From NCBI GenBank assembly GCA_963729045.1, contig CAVSMN010000012.1:96001-160000 (forward strand): 64,000 nt of DNA, read 5' to 3'. Position 1 is the first letter of the stretch; every line of letters starts with the position of its first letter. Under the pieces are notes generated by a model that had not been told where the DNA came from, searched no databases, and saw only the letters and a program-made list of their open reading frames with translations. Of this stretch, positions 46,250-56,620 are shown one piece after another. Source of the DNA: an uncultured Nitrososphaeraceae archaeon (GTDB taxonomy: Archaea; Thermoproteota; Nitrososphaeria; Nitrososphaerales; Nitrososphaeraceae). Position numbers and translations under genes: made by a program.

Positions 46250-47242
46250 TTATTTTAATAGTAATGCCTTGTCTTGACGACCTTTCAATACGTGAATAAT
46301 ATTAGAAGCTGCTATTTCTGACATCTTATTTCGCGTATCGATACTCGCGCTACCTATGTGTGGTAATAGAACTACATTTTTCATCTTAATTAGGGGATTG
46401 TTACGGCGGATTGGTTCATCTTCAAAAACATCCAGGCCGGCTCCTGCGATCAACTTCTCCTTTAATCCACGAATCAAATCACCTTCTTTAATGATCTTGC
46501 CCCTTGATATATTTATTAAATAAGTATTCTTTTTCATCATTTTTATCTTTTCATAATCTATTAAATGGTAGCTATCTTCATTTAGGGTACAACTAATTAC
46601 AATATAGTCTGAATCCGAAACAAGTCTTTGTAAATTGCAATACTCTAGCTTGTAGAATGATTTATTTTTCCTAAAATCATTTGAATCAAAATTCCTTTTT
46701 GTAAATAATATTTTCATTCCAAATCCAATTGCTCTCCTACAAATTGCGCTACCGATTTTTCCTAAGCCTATCACTCCCAATGTCTTATGATGCAAGTCCC
46801 TTCCGATCATAAGATCGGGATTCCAACCATATTTCCATTTGCCTATTCTGAGGTATCTGTCAGCCTCAACTAATCTTCTACCAAGGCAAAGCATCAACCC
46901 GATTGCTAAGTCAGCCGTCGTTTCGGTAAGTATGTCTCCAGTATAACCTACCCTTATCCCTCTCTTCTTAGCTTCTAAGACATCGACATGTTCATAGCCC
47001 GTACTGAAGGTGCTTATTACTTTAAGTGATGGACCAGCAGCATCCATTATTTGTTTGTCAATCTTGTCGTTAAGAAAACACAAAATTGCATTTACACCCT
47101 TCACTTTTTTCAATAAATCCGGATATCTGAGAGGAGCCATTCTTTGATTTATAATCAAGTCACAGTGAGTCTCTAAGATTTTTAAACCCGCATCTGGAAT
47201 AGGTCTTGTTACCAATACGATCGGTTTAATTTTTTTTAACAA
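46250..47242 (-). CDS. D-2-hydroxyacid dehydrogenase (glyoxylate/hydroxypyruvate reductase)
   Basis: GLGKIG, NISRG, GLDVFEDEP, PHIGSA. Confidence 0.9.
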   Translation of the reverse strand: MLKKIKPIVLVTRPIPDAGLKILETHCDLIINQRMAPLRYPDLLKKVKGVNAILCFLNDKIDKQIMDAAGPSLKVISTFSTGYEHVDVLEAKKRGIRVGYTGDILTETTADLAIGLMLCLGRRLVEADRYLRIGKWKYGWNPDLMIGRDLHHKTLGVIGLGKIGSAICRRAIGFGMKILFTKRNFDSNDFRKNKSFYKLEYCNLQRLVSDSDYIVISCTLNEDSYHLIDYEKIKMMKKNTYLINISRGKIIKEGDLIRGLKEKLIAGAGLDVFEDEPIRRNNPLIKMKNVVLLPHIGSASIDTRNKMSEIAASNIIHVLKGRQDKALLLK

Positions 47243-47753
47243 ATATTGTCTATTGAGTGGTTGTTATATTATTTGTTAATTCTGTATGAATGATCTATAC
47301 AAAAATCAATTTGAGAAGCCTTCGACCAAAAAATTTACATAGTTTATTTAATCAAAACCAGCATTTCAATATTTAACCTGGATTAGATGTACTTTTCTAG
47401 AATTACTAGATTCTAAGTGTATTTCGATTAATGCATATGGACTTATTATTGCATCAGCACCATATTTTACTACATTATCAGGAGGGCAAAAGAATTACTC
47501 TATATGATTAAAATATTAAACACTACTTGATATTTTTAAGATTGGTATGTTGGGCTCTACCAAAAGATAGTGGGCGTTGTTGCAAAGTCTAAAATCCATA
47601 CATAGTAAAAATAAAAAACCTGATTTTACAAGTATATTTTTATAGACTACTGATTATTAGAATTCATGCAAGACCATTCTACTAGTATACAAGAGAATGG
47701 AATGAATTCAATCAGTAACCGTAAAAAGGTTAGGATCAGGAAAAAGACCGAGT

Positions 47754-48500
47754 ATGAAAATGAGCACTGATAATTTGGAGGAAAGGTTGATTGAAAAAAA
47801 TTCTAAAGAATCACCAGAAACGTTGTTTGCAAACATAGTGGGATATGAGGACATTAAAAAAATTTTTAATTATGCTTTTAATTCATCGTTACCAGTTCAT
47901 ATTTTGCTGGTAGGTCCTCCCGGTTCTGCTAAAACCCTATTCTTGATGGAATGTATGAAACTGTCTCGTTCCTATTTTACATTGGGTAGTCACAGCACAA
48001 AAGCAGGAATGTTAGATTACTTATTCAATAACAGACCAAAAAATCTGATAATCGATGAAATTGAATACATGGCAATTAAAGATCAAGCAGCATTGCTTAG
48101 TTTAATGGAAACTGGAATATTAAGCGAAACCAAATATGAAAAAACTCGAAAATCAATCATGAGGACGTGGGTTTTTGCATCTTGTAATGACGAAAAAAAA
48201 CTTTTGACTCCACTTTTATCACGTTTCTTTGTGCTTTATTTTAAGAAATATGATTACGCTACTTTTGAAAAGATAGCAAACCACATTTTAGCAATTGAGT
48301 GTAATATGGATTTTGAAGTCTCAACCCTGATTGCGCACTTAGTTTGGAATAAACTGAAATCCAGGGATATAAGGGATTGTATAAAAATAGGTCGAATTTG
48401 TAATAATAAAGAAGATGTTTACATGATAGTAAAGACTCTGATAAGGTATGACAACACAAACGCTGGTAACATTAAGACTGGTAACATTAAGGATCAATGA
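47754..48500 (+). CDS. Stand-alone AAA+ ATPase (MCM/RuvB-like core)
   Basis: Walker A GPPGSAKT, Walker B LIIDE, ALLSLMETG, Arg finger LLSRF. Confidence 0.85.
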   Translation: MKMSTDNLEERLIEKNSKESPETLFANIVGYEDIKKIFNYAFNSSLPVHILLVGPPGSAKTLFLMECMKLSRSYFTLGSHSTKAGMLDYLFNNRPKNLIIDEIEYMAIKDQAALLSLMETGILSETKYEKTRKSIMRTWVFASCNDEKKLLTPLLSRFFVLYFKKYDYATFEKIANHILAIECNMDFEVSTLIAHLVWNKLKSRDIRDCIKIGRICNNKEDVYMIVKTLIRYDNTNAGNIKTGNIKDQ

Positions 48501-48585
48501 CCGAAAACATTTAGAGGCATTTATTTGAAGTTCTTTGCCATTTTCTCATTACTTAATATGAGTAGAATAATTTAGTGTTCCTATT

Positions 48586-49771
48586 TTGAATAAAACATCC
48601 AATTTGAATAAAACACTCAAAAAATTGAAAATTTTTATCTGTGGTCCAACTCTGTATGAAAAAAGCCACTTGGGGCATGCTAGAATTTTTATTTTTTTTA
48701 ATTTTTTGATTAATTATTACAAATGTTTGGGACAGTCTCCTATTACCATAGTACAATTGACTGATGTCGATCCCAAAATATTTGCCAAAATCAAGACAGC
48801 TAATGATAATGATAATATCTCACTTGAGAGTATTACCATGCGTCATCTAACCCAATTGATAAAAGACTTACAAAAATTACAAGTTATTAACAATTTCACC
48901 TTCACCAGGGTGTCTAGCTTTCAGGTTCAAATGATGAACCAAATAATAAAATTACTTGAACTCACAAAGGCTTACTCGTATGGTGGCAATATTTATCTTA
49001 AAATAGATTCAGATATCCAGAGTCCTTTTGGTCTTACACTCAGAGAATTGGATAACATGCCAATTGATATCGCACCAGGTAAACTGGATCAAAAAGATAT
49101 TATGCTTTGGAATGCTGAGAATTTCTATGAATCTATCTATTAAGGGCGACGAGCGCTCCGAATTTTATTTTAGGAATTTAGTTAGCGGGATCCCTGGATG
49201 GCATTTTCAAGATTTTCAAATAATAAAATCTCTTTTTGACAATCACTACGATATACATGGAGGGGCAGGCGAGTTAGTCTACCCTCACCATGAATTCATT
49301 TACAGAATTTCCCATCAAATACAAGGGACCAGCCATCAAAGTAAAAAAAAACCAATGTGGATTCACATAGGTATTTTAAAGATCAATTCTGAAAAGATGT
49401 CTAATTCTAGAGGTAATACAATCACTATCAGTGACTTTCTAAACAAATATTCTCCAAATTCTCTAAAAATACTTTTTTTGGGTGAACACTACGACAAAGA
49501 CTTTAGTTTTGACGAAAAGAAATTGTCGGATGCTATTGTTGTAGATAATGAAATTTCATCGTATTTTGCATCGGAATACGTCAAGAACGGAAAATTAGTA
49601 GAAACATTGAACGAATCTGATGCACATAAGTTTTCCGCGTTTTTAAGAATTTTGGATAATAATTATGATACAAAATCCGCAATCAGTTATATAAGAAAGT
49701 GTATTAGAGCTTCTGAAAATGCTAGTTATGTAAAGAAGATGACCGATTTACTTGGATTACAGTATCATTGA
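48586..49771 (+). CDS. Cysteinyl-tRNA-synthetase paralog lacking the anticodon domain (MshC-like size); frameshift near 49138
   Basis: CGPT, HLGH, TDVD, PGWH, DIHGG, PHHE, KMSNS, DALR-like LDNNYDT, then stop; about 395 aa. Confidence 0.85.
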
Positions 49772-50602
49772 TAGCCTGAAATCAAATGAAATTGAATTTT
49801 GTAAGAGTTGGAGCAATCAGACAATTAACTTTAATGACTCCTTTCGCATTTTAGCTAATCGTGAATTAAAAGGCGACTATTTTCTTAATCGAGTGATTTT
49901 GACTGTTGGAATTGAGGACTCTAAGACGTGAGAGAGAAATGCATTTCAACAATCATGTCAAGACTAAAAGAAATTTCCAAACAACAAGATATTGATGTTT
50001 ATGTTCATATCAATGATAACCTATCATTCCTTAAATCGATACTTGAACAGAACGGCTTGAGAAAAATTGATAAATTGACAGGATTGGTTAACGTCATAAA
50101 GGGTCAAAAATTCCTTTCAAAAAATGAATCTAAAAAACAAGAACCAGTAGTTAATGAAGAAACATGTAGGGTGGTCAGGTCCGTCGATGAATTCGAAGAA
50201 TGGTTAGATGTTTATTCAACTTCATTTGAAATCGATACAGAAAGAAGAACCACTATTCGAACTAGTCTGCAAAGAGATAATTTTAGAGAAAGTAAATTTA
50301 TTTTGTATGAACAAAAACTCCAAGATAAAACAAATGGGCACAATTTAAGACCAGTCGGATGCTGCTTGCTTTTCCCTACAAATGACGTCCTGGGGTTATA
50401 CTGCTTAGGCACCGATCAGAAGTTTCGAAATATGGGTATTGCTACAAGCCTTTTAAATTTTGCAATAACTTATGCCAAAATGAATGGATTTAATCTTTTA
50501 GGGCTTCAGGCGCTGCATAGTGATCACATAATAGGATTTTATCAAAGACGATATTTCACAACAGTTTATACTGATGCTATATTTTCTATTCCTATCAGTT
50601 AG
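49752..50602 (+). CDS. GNAT acetyltransferase; frameshift near 49925
   Basis: LGTDQKFRNMGIA acetyl-CoA motif and GFYQRRYF. The N-terminal part (from TTG 49752, NEIEFCKSWS...DYFLNRV) lies in another frame. Confidence 0.8.
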
Positions 50603-51590
50603 ATTTAATATATCATTTGACCCACTTATTAAAAATCTATTGACATTTCTTGACTGTATACAGGAAGATCTCATTTTTCCAGTATTCGTATATGAGAACG
50701 AGCACGCTTACAAACAAAGCTTGAATTCTGGATACATGAACAACTCAAAGGTATTTTCGAAAAAATTAATCAATAGATTTGAAGAATTGGCTCAGCTAAA
50801 AATATCTAACTTGTTGTTATTTGGTATACCAAAAAAAAGAGACGGCATGGGAAGTGAAGCTTTTAATAGGAATGGTGTGATTCAGCAGGCAATTCAAACA
50901 ATTAAAAAAACTTTTGGCAAAAAATTTAACATTCTCTCAGACGTTTGTGTGTGCCAATATAATACTAGCGGACATTGTGGTGTCACTAATGGCACAATAG
51001 AGGATACTAACCAACCTAAGCATGTAATTAGAGTAGATAATGACAAGACCTTAAATATTCTTGGAAAAATTTCATTGAGCCTTTGCGAAAGTGGGACCGA
51101 TTTCATAGCCCCATCGTCAATGATGGATGGTCAAATCTTGTACCTTTCCAATTTGTTAAAGAAGAGCGGGTTTAAAAAAGTCAAAATTATGAGTTATTCT
51201 GCAAAACATAATTCTTGTCTATACTCGCCATTTCGTAATTATAATTATCATAATACTAGCTTTATAGATAAATCAAGTTATCAAAGTAATTTTAACAATC
51301 CTAGTGAATCAATGCGGGAAATTTTACATGATGTAAAAGAGGGATCGGATTGGGTAATGATAAAACCTTCGTTTTGGTATATGGATTTGGTAAGATTAGC
51401 TAAAAATCTAGTGGATGTCCCTCTGGTGGTTCAGAATGTCTCGGGTGAGTATGCTTTACTAAAAGAAGGAGCAAAAATAGACCAAGTTGACCAACAGGAA
51501 TGGATAGTTCAATATCTCAAAAGTTTAAGAAGGGCTGGTGCCGATAAAATAATTTCTTATTTGATGCTCGATTTGTTTGATGAATTTTGA
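50574..51590 (+). CDS. hemB: Porphobilinogen synthase (ALA dehydratase), divergent; start uncertain
   Basis: DVCVCQY...HCG Zn site, APSSMMDG, YSAK, MIKP, VSGEY, RAGAD. Confidence 0.85.
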   Translation: MLYFLFLSVRFNISFDPLIKNLLTFLDCIQEDLIFPVFVYENEHAYKQSLNSGYMNNSKVFSKKLINRFEELAQLKISNLLLFGIPKKRDGMGSEAFNRNGVIQQAIQTIKKTFGKKFNILSDVCVCQYNTSGHCGVTNGTIEDTNQPKHVIRVDNDKTLNILGKISLSLCESGTDFIAPSSMMDGQILYLSNLLKKSGFKKVKIMSYSAKHNSCLYSPFRNYNYHNTSFIDKSSYQSNFNNPSESMREILHDVKEGSDWVMIKPSFWYMDLVRLAKNLVDVPLVVQNVSGEYALLKEGAKIDQVDQQEWIVQYLKSLRRAGADKIISYLMLDLFDEF

Positions 51591-51625
51591 GAAAAATCGC
51601 CCACATATCGATTTGAAATCTGATT

Positions 51626-52057
51626 CTAATTCAGTGTTTCTGGATAGGAGATCATTTGACCACTAGAGGAATCGACGTAATATTTTGTATTATTTGCAGT
51701 AATTTCCCAGCCATAGTGGATACCACCAGTTAGGGGTTCTACTGTATTGCCCAATACCTTTCCTATATCGTGAGTTTCCTGATCTGCTTGATATATCGTC
51801 CCATTGGCATTTACCATTACATATTGCGATGTAAATTTTCCATCAAGATCTGCAAATGTAATCTTGCTTATTTGATCCAAGGATTGATTATACACATCAT
51901 GTAGAATTATTAAATAAGCTTCTTCTGGTATAAGTCTAGGAGATGTGGAATTGGGTTGACTTAATGAGTAACTTAGCACCCAGTACATCGCCAAAGTAAA
52001 TCCAATGGATAACAGAACTATGAATATTACTTTATTGCGGGCAACATCAAGCTTCAT
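51626..52057 (-). CDS. Membrane-anchored protein with PepSY-like C-terminus
   Basis: N-terminal TM helix; WEI...YYVDSSSGQM. Confidence 0.6.
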   Translation of the reverse strand: MKLDVARNKVIFIVLLSIGFTLAMYWVLSYSLSQPNSTSPRLIPEEAYLIILHDVYNQSLDQISKITFADLDGKFTSQYVMVNANGTIYQADQETHDIGKVLGNTVEPLTGGIHYGWEITANNTKYYVDSSSGQMISYPETLN

Positions 52058-52149
52058 TAAGATATTTTATTGACAGAAAAACACTATATAATCATTGATT
52101 TATGCCTTTACGATTAGAATATATATCAATTCTTTTAAAAACTAAATAT

Positions 52150-52311
52150 CCCGCGGTAGCTCAGCCTGGTAGAGCTTTCGGCTGTAGTTGTTGGCAAAAT
52201 ATTGCTAATCATACATCAGCCTATCAGGCTTACATTCAACAGTAACCGAAGAGTCGCAGGCTCAATCAAAAAATAAGAGATTATTTTTTGGAGTAAATCC
52301 TGCTCGCGGGA
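52150..52311 (+). tRNA. tRNA-Tyr(GTA) with two introns (52188-52244 at 37/38; about 52266-52296 in the T-loop)
   Basis: Acceptor CCCGCGG/TCGCGGG + A73, D-arm GCTC/GAGC, anticodon stem TTCGG/CCGAA with GTA at 52184-52186, T-stem GCAGG/CCTGC; BHB-like junctions. Confidence 0.93.
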
Positions 52312-52333
52312 TACAAAAAAATAAAAATTTTGT

Positions 52334-53407
52334 TTATTGATTGGGATTTATTATGGCACGTCCAATGATTTTACCATTCTTTAAATCGTGTAAGGCCTCA
52401 TTGACCTGGTCAAGAGCGAATGTCCTATCCAAGACAGTACGTACTTTTCCATCGGAGGCAAGTTTCACTAATTCAGTCAAATCCTGAAAAGTTCCTGTAT
52501 AAGCTCCTGTCAGTGTATACCCTCTCAAAGGGATCATTGGTAAGTTCAATTCCATTGATCCACCAAATAGTCCAACCATAATTACCTTACCTCTTTTTCG
52601 TAACATATTAAATGAATTTACAGACGTAATATTGTTATTTACAAAGTCTATGACGACGTCTGTTCCCGAACCATTGGTAAGGTCTTTGACCTCTTTTACC
52701 ACATCTTGTTTCTCTTTGGTATTAATGATGTTATCTGCACCAAGCTTTCTTGCTTCTGCCAATTTTTGATCATTAACATCTATAACAGTTATTCTTGATT
52801 TGAATATAGCTTTAGCAACTTGTACCGCCATAAGCCCTAGTCCACCAGCCCCTACGATTACAATATTATGCCTATCTTCCAAACCTGGGATTGGCTTTGC
52901 TTTTTTTACTGCGTTGTACGCTGTCAATCCAGAGCAAGCCAGTGATGATGCAGAATCAAATTCAAGTTGGTCAAGTTTAATCAAAAACTTTGAATCTGGG
53001 ATTAAAACATATTGCGCATACCCTCCATTTTGATAAATTCCAAGGGTTTTCGGATTATCACATAGATTCTGTTCGCCAGATAAGCAAGCAGGACAAGTCC
53101 CCTCACCCAACCAAGGGTAAACCAACACCTTATCACCTACATTGAAGTTATTTACACTGTTACCAACCTCTTCTATTGTTCCAGATATTTCATGGCCAGG
53201 TATCAGAGGAAACTTAACTCCTCTATCTTCAACCTTCATGAAGACGCCTTTGGGTCCTGCATATCCGCCCTCCCATAAATGAAGGTCGCTATGACACACG
53301 CCAGTTGCTGCAACTCTGACCAAAACTTGATTTCCTTCAGGTTTAGGTTTTTCTACTTCATTAATTACTAATGGTTCATTTGTTTTAATAATTTGAGCCC
53401 CTTTCAT
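52334..53407 (-). CDS. adh: Zn-dependent alcohol dehydrogenase
   Basis: GVCHSDLH, PGHE, ECxxCx7C structural Zn site, GAGGLG; ATG at 53407. Confidence 0.9.
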   Translation of the reverse strand: MKGAQIIKTNEPLVINEVEKPKPEGNQVLVRVAATGVCHSDLHLWEGGYAGPKGVFMKVEDRGVKFPLIPGHEISGTIEEVGNSVNNFNVGDKVLVYPWLGEGTCPACLSGEQNLCDNPKTLGIYQNGGYAQYVLIPDSKFLIKLDQLEFDSASSLACSGLTAYNAVKKAKPIPGLEDRHNIVIVGAGGLGLMAVQVAKAIFKSRITVIDVNDQKLAEARKLGADNIINTKEKQDVVKEVKDLTNGSGTDVVIDFVNNNITSVNSFNMLRKRGKVIMVGLFGGSMELNLPMIPLRGYTLTGAYTGTFQDLTELVKLASDGKVRTVLDRTFALDQVNEALHDLKNGKIIGRAIINPNQ

Positions 53408-53815
53408 ATCAAAATCAAGGTCTCCTTGTTTAATTATCTTTACTAACGAATAAGTATTCAAAAGAATATATTAATTCATATTCCAAACCTATTGATGTCA
53501 ATGATGACGACGAAGAGCCGTCTGAAATTACATGGTGACGAAGATTATGAGGTACCTGAGACATCAAACTTTTCAAAGGATGGATATTATAGATGTAATT
53601 CCACCCTATTCATGAAATTAAAATAACATCCAAAGCATATACAATTATTGTGGTTAAACTCTTTAAAAATCGGAAATGTTTTGGTACTAAAGACAAGGAT
53701 TGTACTACCATTTATATTTTTTTAGCAGTACTATATTTGAAAAGTTACTTGATAAACTGCGGAATAATTTTGTTTAATGAATTTTTGTAATTCATGAGCT
53801 GTAAAATTATATACG

Positions 53816-54515
53816 GTGAAAGTTCATGATAAATCAAATTTAATGAATTCGATAGAACGGTCCCTATTATGTTCGATATATAGCAATAATTTGATTGATA
53901 GTCGAATTCCTAATCCCATATTACCTTATTTAATGAAAAAATTGGAACTCGATGTGACCTTTTACATTAATCAATTATCTAAACTTGAAGACCTAGGCTT
54001 AATTGTTACAAAACAAAATGAACGAGATTCTGAAATAAGCTCTAAGTAATATGACTTGTACACTTACGAACTTGGGTCGTGAACAAATTAAGGTTGTGCT
54101 TGTAGGCGGGGTATTTGATCTACTTCATGTTGGTCATATTCATACCCTAAAATCTGCAAAATTATTAGGCGATGTCCTAATAATTGTAGTTGCAACTGAT
54201 TCCACAGTTAGCAGCTTGAAAAAAAATCGCAAGATTTACCATGATGAAAAAAGCCGGTTAGAGCTAGTTTCATCTATAAAATTTGTAGATAAAGCCGTAA
54301 TAGGAAGAAAAAAATCGATATACGATACAGTAGAATTCGTCAGGCCAGATATCATAGCCTTAGGATATGACCAAATTCATGATGAAATAGCGATGAAAAA
54401 GAATTGCTTTGATCGAGGCTTGAATCTAGATGTAGTCAGGCTTTCTTCTCCACTTCCCGAACTCAAAAGTTCCTTAATTAAAAGCGAGTTGGGAAACTCT
54501 TTTTATGATCTTTAA
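53816..54515 (+). CDS. ribL: FAD synthase (cytidylyltransferase family) with N-terminal HTH-like extension; probable frameshift near 54048
   Basis: GGVFDLLHVGH, PDIIALGYDQ, KSSLIK. The upstream ORF ends 1 nt before it. Adjacent to riboflavin kinase. Confidence 0.82.
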
Positions 54516-55270
54516 TTGTTTCTCACAGATTCTTTAATTTTTATCACAACATTATCTCCATTTTTGAGATTGGATGATTCTTTTAAGTTCAAAGGACCAA
54601 TGACCTCTATTAGGTTGTTGTTATGATGGGTCCTTTCTAATAAAAGAACATGAACCTCATTTAAAATTTCAGTTGGTTGTGATTCAAATTCCTCACGAGA
54701 GAATTTTGGCTCTTGAGATATCGTAGCTGGATAGCATCTAACCCAACCAAAAGTTCTATCTGAATTTTTGAACCCATCAATGTAGATAGAGGGGTAATTT
54801 ATCAAATCTTTTCTGGAATTCATGTAGTTTTTATCTTCGATCTTTACATTAAGTGTTCCAGGGAATGGCTCATAACCCAATTTATGTTGAAACTGTTTCT
54901 TATAACCATCCAAGGACATATAATACGCGCCTTCCCCCATCCCAGTAACGATCTTTCCCTTAAAAAGCACAGGCTTAAAATGAGATTCCTCCATAGATAT
55001 TTTTAATAAATTATAAATATTCTGTAATATTTCAAAACCTGTTTCTGTTAGTTTCATTCCAAATTTCTTTTTATTCTTTACTCTTTCTATTAGGTCTTCT
55101 TTCTCTAAGTCGATTAATATTTTTGAAGCTGTTTGTTGTGACCTATTGATTAAACGACTTATTTGGGTACTGGTTATTTCTAAATAACTATCCTTACCCC
55201 CATTTGACAGTAAATGAATCATAACTAAAAAATGAAAATAGTTAAAGTTTGAATGATCTTTAACCATCAT
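54512..55270 (-). CDS. ribK: CTP-dependent riboflavin kinase with N-terminal wHTH
   Basis: SQQTAS HTH, TGMGEGAYY, PFPGTLN, ERTHH. Confidence 0.92.
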   Translation of the reverse strand: MMVKDHSNFNYFHFLVMIHLLSNGGKDSYLEITSTQISRLINRSQQTASKILIDLEKEDLIERVKNKKKFGMKLTETGFEILQNIYNLLKISMEESHFKPVLFKGKIVTGMGEGAYYMSLDGYKKQFQHKLGYEPFPGTLNVKIEDKNYMNSRKDLINYPSIYIDGFKNSDRTFGWVRCYPATISQEPKFSREEFESQPTEILNEVHVLLLERTHHNNNLIEVIGPLNLKESSNLKNGDNVVIKIKESVRNN

Positions 55271-55276
55271 GCGCGA

Positions 55277-56620
55277 TTATCTGCTACTAATAGGCTGACT
55301 AATTAACCCCATATCCGAAAATGTTTGAACACGAACATCTGGGCTTGCCTTTTTCAAATTGCTGATTCTATGACCTATAATGTACTTTATACCCGATTTA
55401 TTAGCGGCTTCAACGAGCCTGGGAGTAACTATGCCGTCTAGTATCAACAGGTTTCCGTCTTTCAAGTCAGATATTTTCTTTATTATTTCAGATATTGGAA
55501 TCTTAACTATCTTTTTCATTGACTTGTCAAAAACCATTGCATCTAAAGTTTCATTTATCTCTTGAAATACTTTCTTTACAATGGAGATAACTTCTTCGTC
55601 TTCTTTAGAAATCATGTTATCCGGATTTTGCCTTTGGTCGCTATTATCATAATTATTTTGTTTGTTTAAACTTTGATTAGGGAAATTCCTATTATATGTG
55701 AACGAGCTATTTTGGTCTTGATTGTTTGATTGATTCAGGTTATGATCAACTCTATGATGATTCCTAATCTGTTGAACATTGGATGGGACGGTGTTAGTAT
55801 CGTTGATTTTATCGTTAATAAATTGTTCAACGTCCTTCAATATTTCTGAAATCTCCAGTGGAGTGCATTCTTCTACCTCTCTGCCAGGAGGAGCTCTGTA
55901 TACTTTTTCTATATCTACTAGCCCTTGTAACTCCTTTAGTATCAAATCTCCAGCCCGATCGCCATCGATAAATGCGATAACTCTTTTGCCCTGGGTCAAT
56001 TTTAATATAGTCTCGTCAATTTTTGCACCTTCTATTGCTATTGAATTATCATATCCTGCTCTTAAGAGATTAATAACATCTGCACGACCTTCTACAAGTA
56101 TTATCCAATCGCTGTCAAATACGCCAACACCACACGCTAATTGTGCCTTTCCAAATGTTGTCAATCTGCCTGGTTTGCTCGCATCGTAGACATCCTTTAG
56201 CATTTCCTCTCCTTCACTAATGGTTTTAGTAGCCCATTCTTGGACAATTTTCTTAGCCCTGTCGACTATTACTTTCTTCTTTATCGCTCTAATATCATCA
56301 ATACCGACCAAGGAAAATTTTGCCTGAAATGGTCCTACTTTATCGATACTTTCAATGGCCGCCGCAATCAAAGCTGCAGTAGATATATCAGTACTCATAG
56401 GAATCAAGGCATCTCCACGTGCTGAGTTGGATTTTGTATCTACGTTCACTTCAATTCTGCCAACTTTTGAAACTTTCTGTAGTTCGTTTAAGTTCATCTC
56501 TGGACCCAACAGACCTTCTGTTTGGCCAAATATTGCGCCAATGATATCGGCCTTCTCCACTAGTCCATCTACATCAAATTTTAGTTTGACATGATATTTT
56601 ACAATACCAGTATTTGGCAT
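55277..56620 (-). CDS. dnaG: Archaeal DnaG-like protein (exosome-associated)
   Basis: GAIFGQTEGLLG, VEGRADVINL, DGDRAG TOPRIM, APPGREVE. Confidence 0.94.
   Translation of the reverse strand: MPNTGIVKYHVKLKFDVDGLVEKADIIGAIFGQTEGLLGPEMNLNELQKVSKVGRIEVNVDTKSNSARGDALIPMSTDISTAALIAAAIESIDKVGPFQAKFSLVGIDDIRAIKKKVIVDRAKKIVQEWATKTISEGEEMLKDVYDASKPGRLTTFGKAQLACGVGVFDSDWIILVEGRADVINLLRAGYDNSIAIEGAKIDETILKLTQGKRVIAFIDGDRAGDLILKELQGLVDIEKVYRAPPGREVEECTPLEISEILKDVEQFINDKINDTNTVPSNVQQIRNHHRVDHNLNQSNNQDQNSSFTYNRNFPNQSLNKQNNYDNSDQRQNPDNMISKEDEEVISIVKKVFQEINETLDAMVFDKSMKKIVKIPISEIIKKISDLKDGNLLILDGIVTPRLVEAANKSGIKYIIGHRISNLKKASPDVRVQTFSDMGLISQPISSR

Noticed and set aside
52312..53460. Integrated element at tRNA-Tyr
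   Set aside because: No integrase, and I saw no duplicated tRNA 3' end; the flanking genes are ordinary metabolic or membrane genes.
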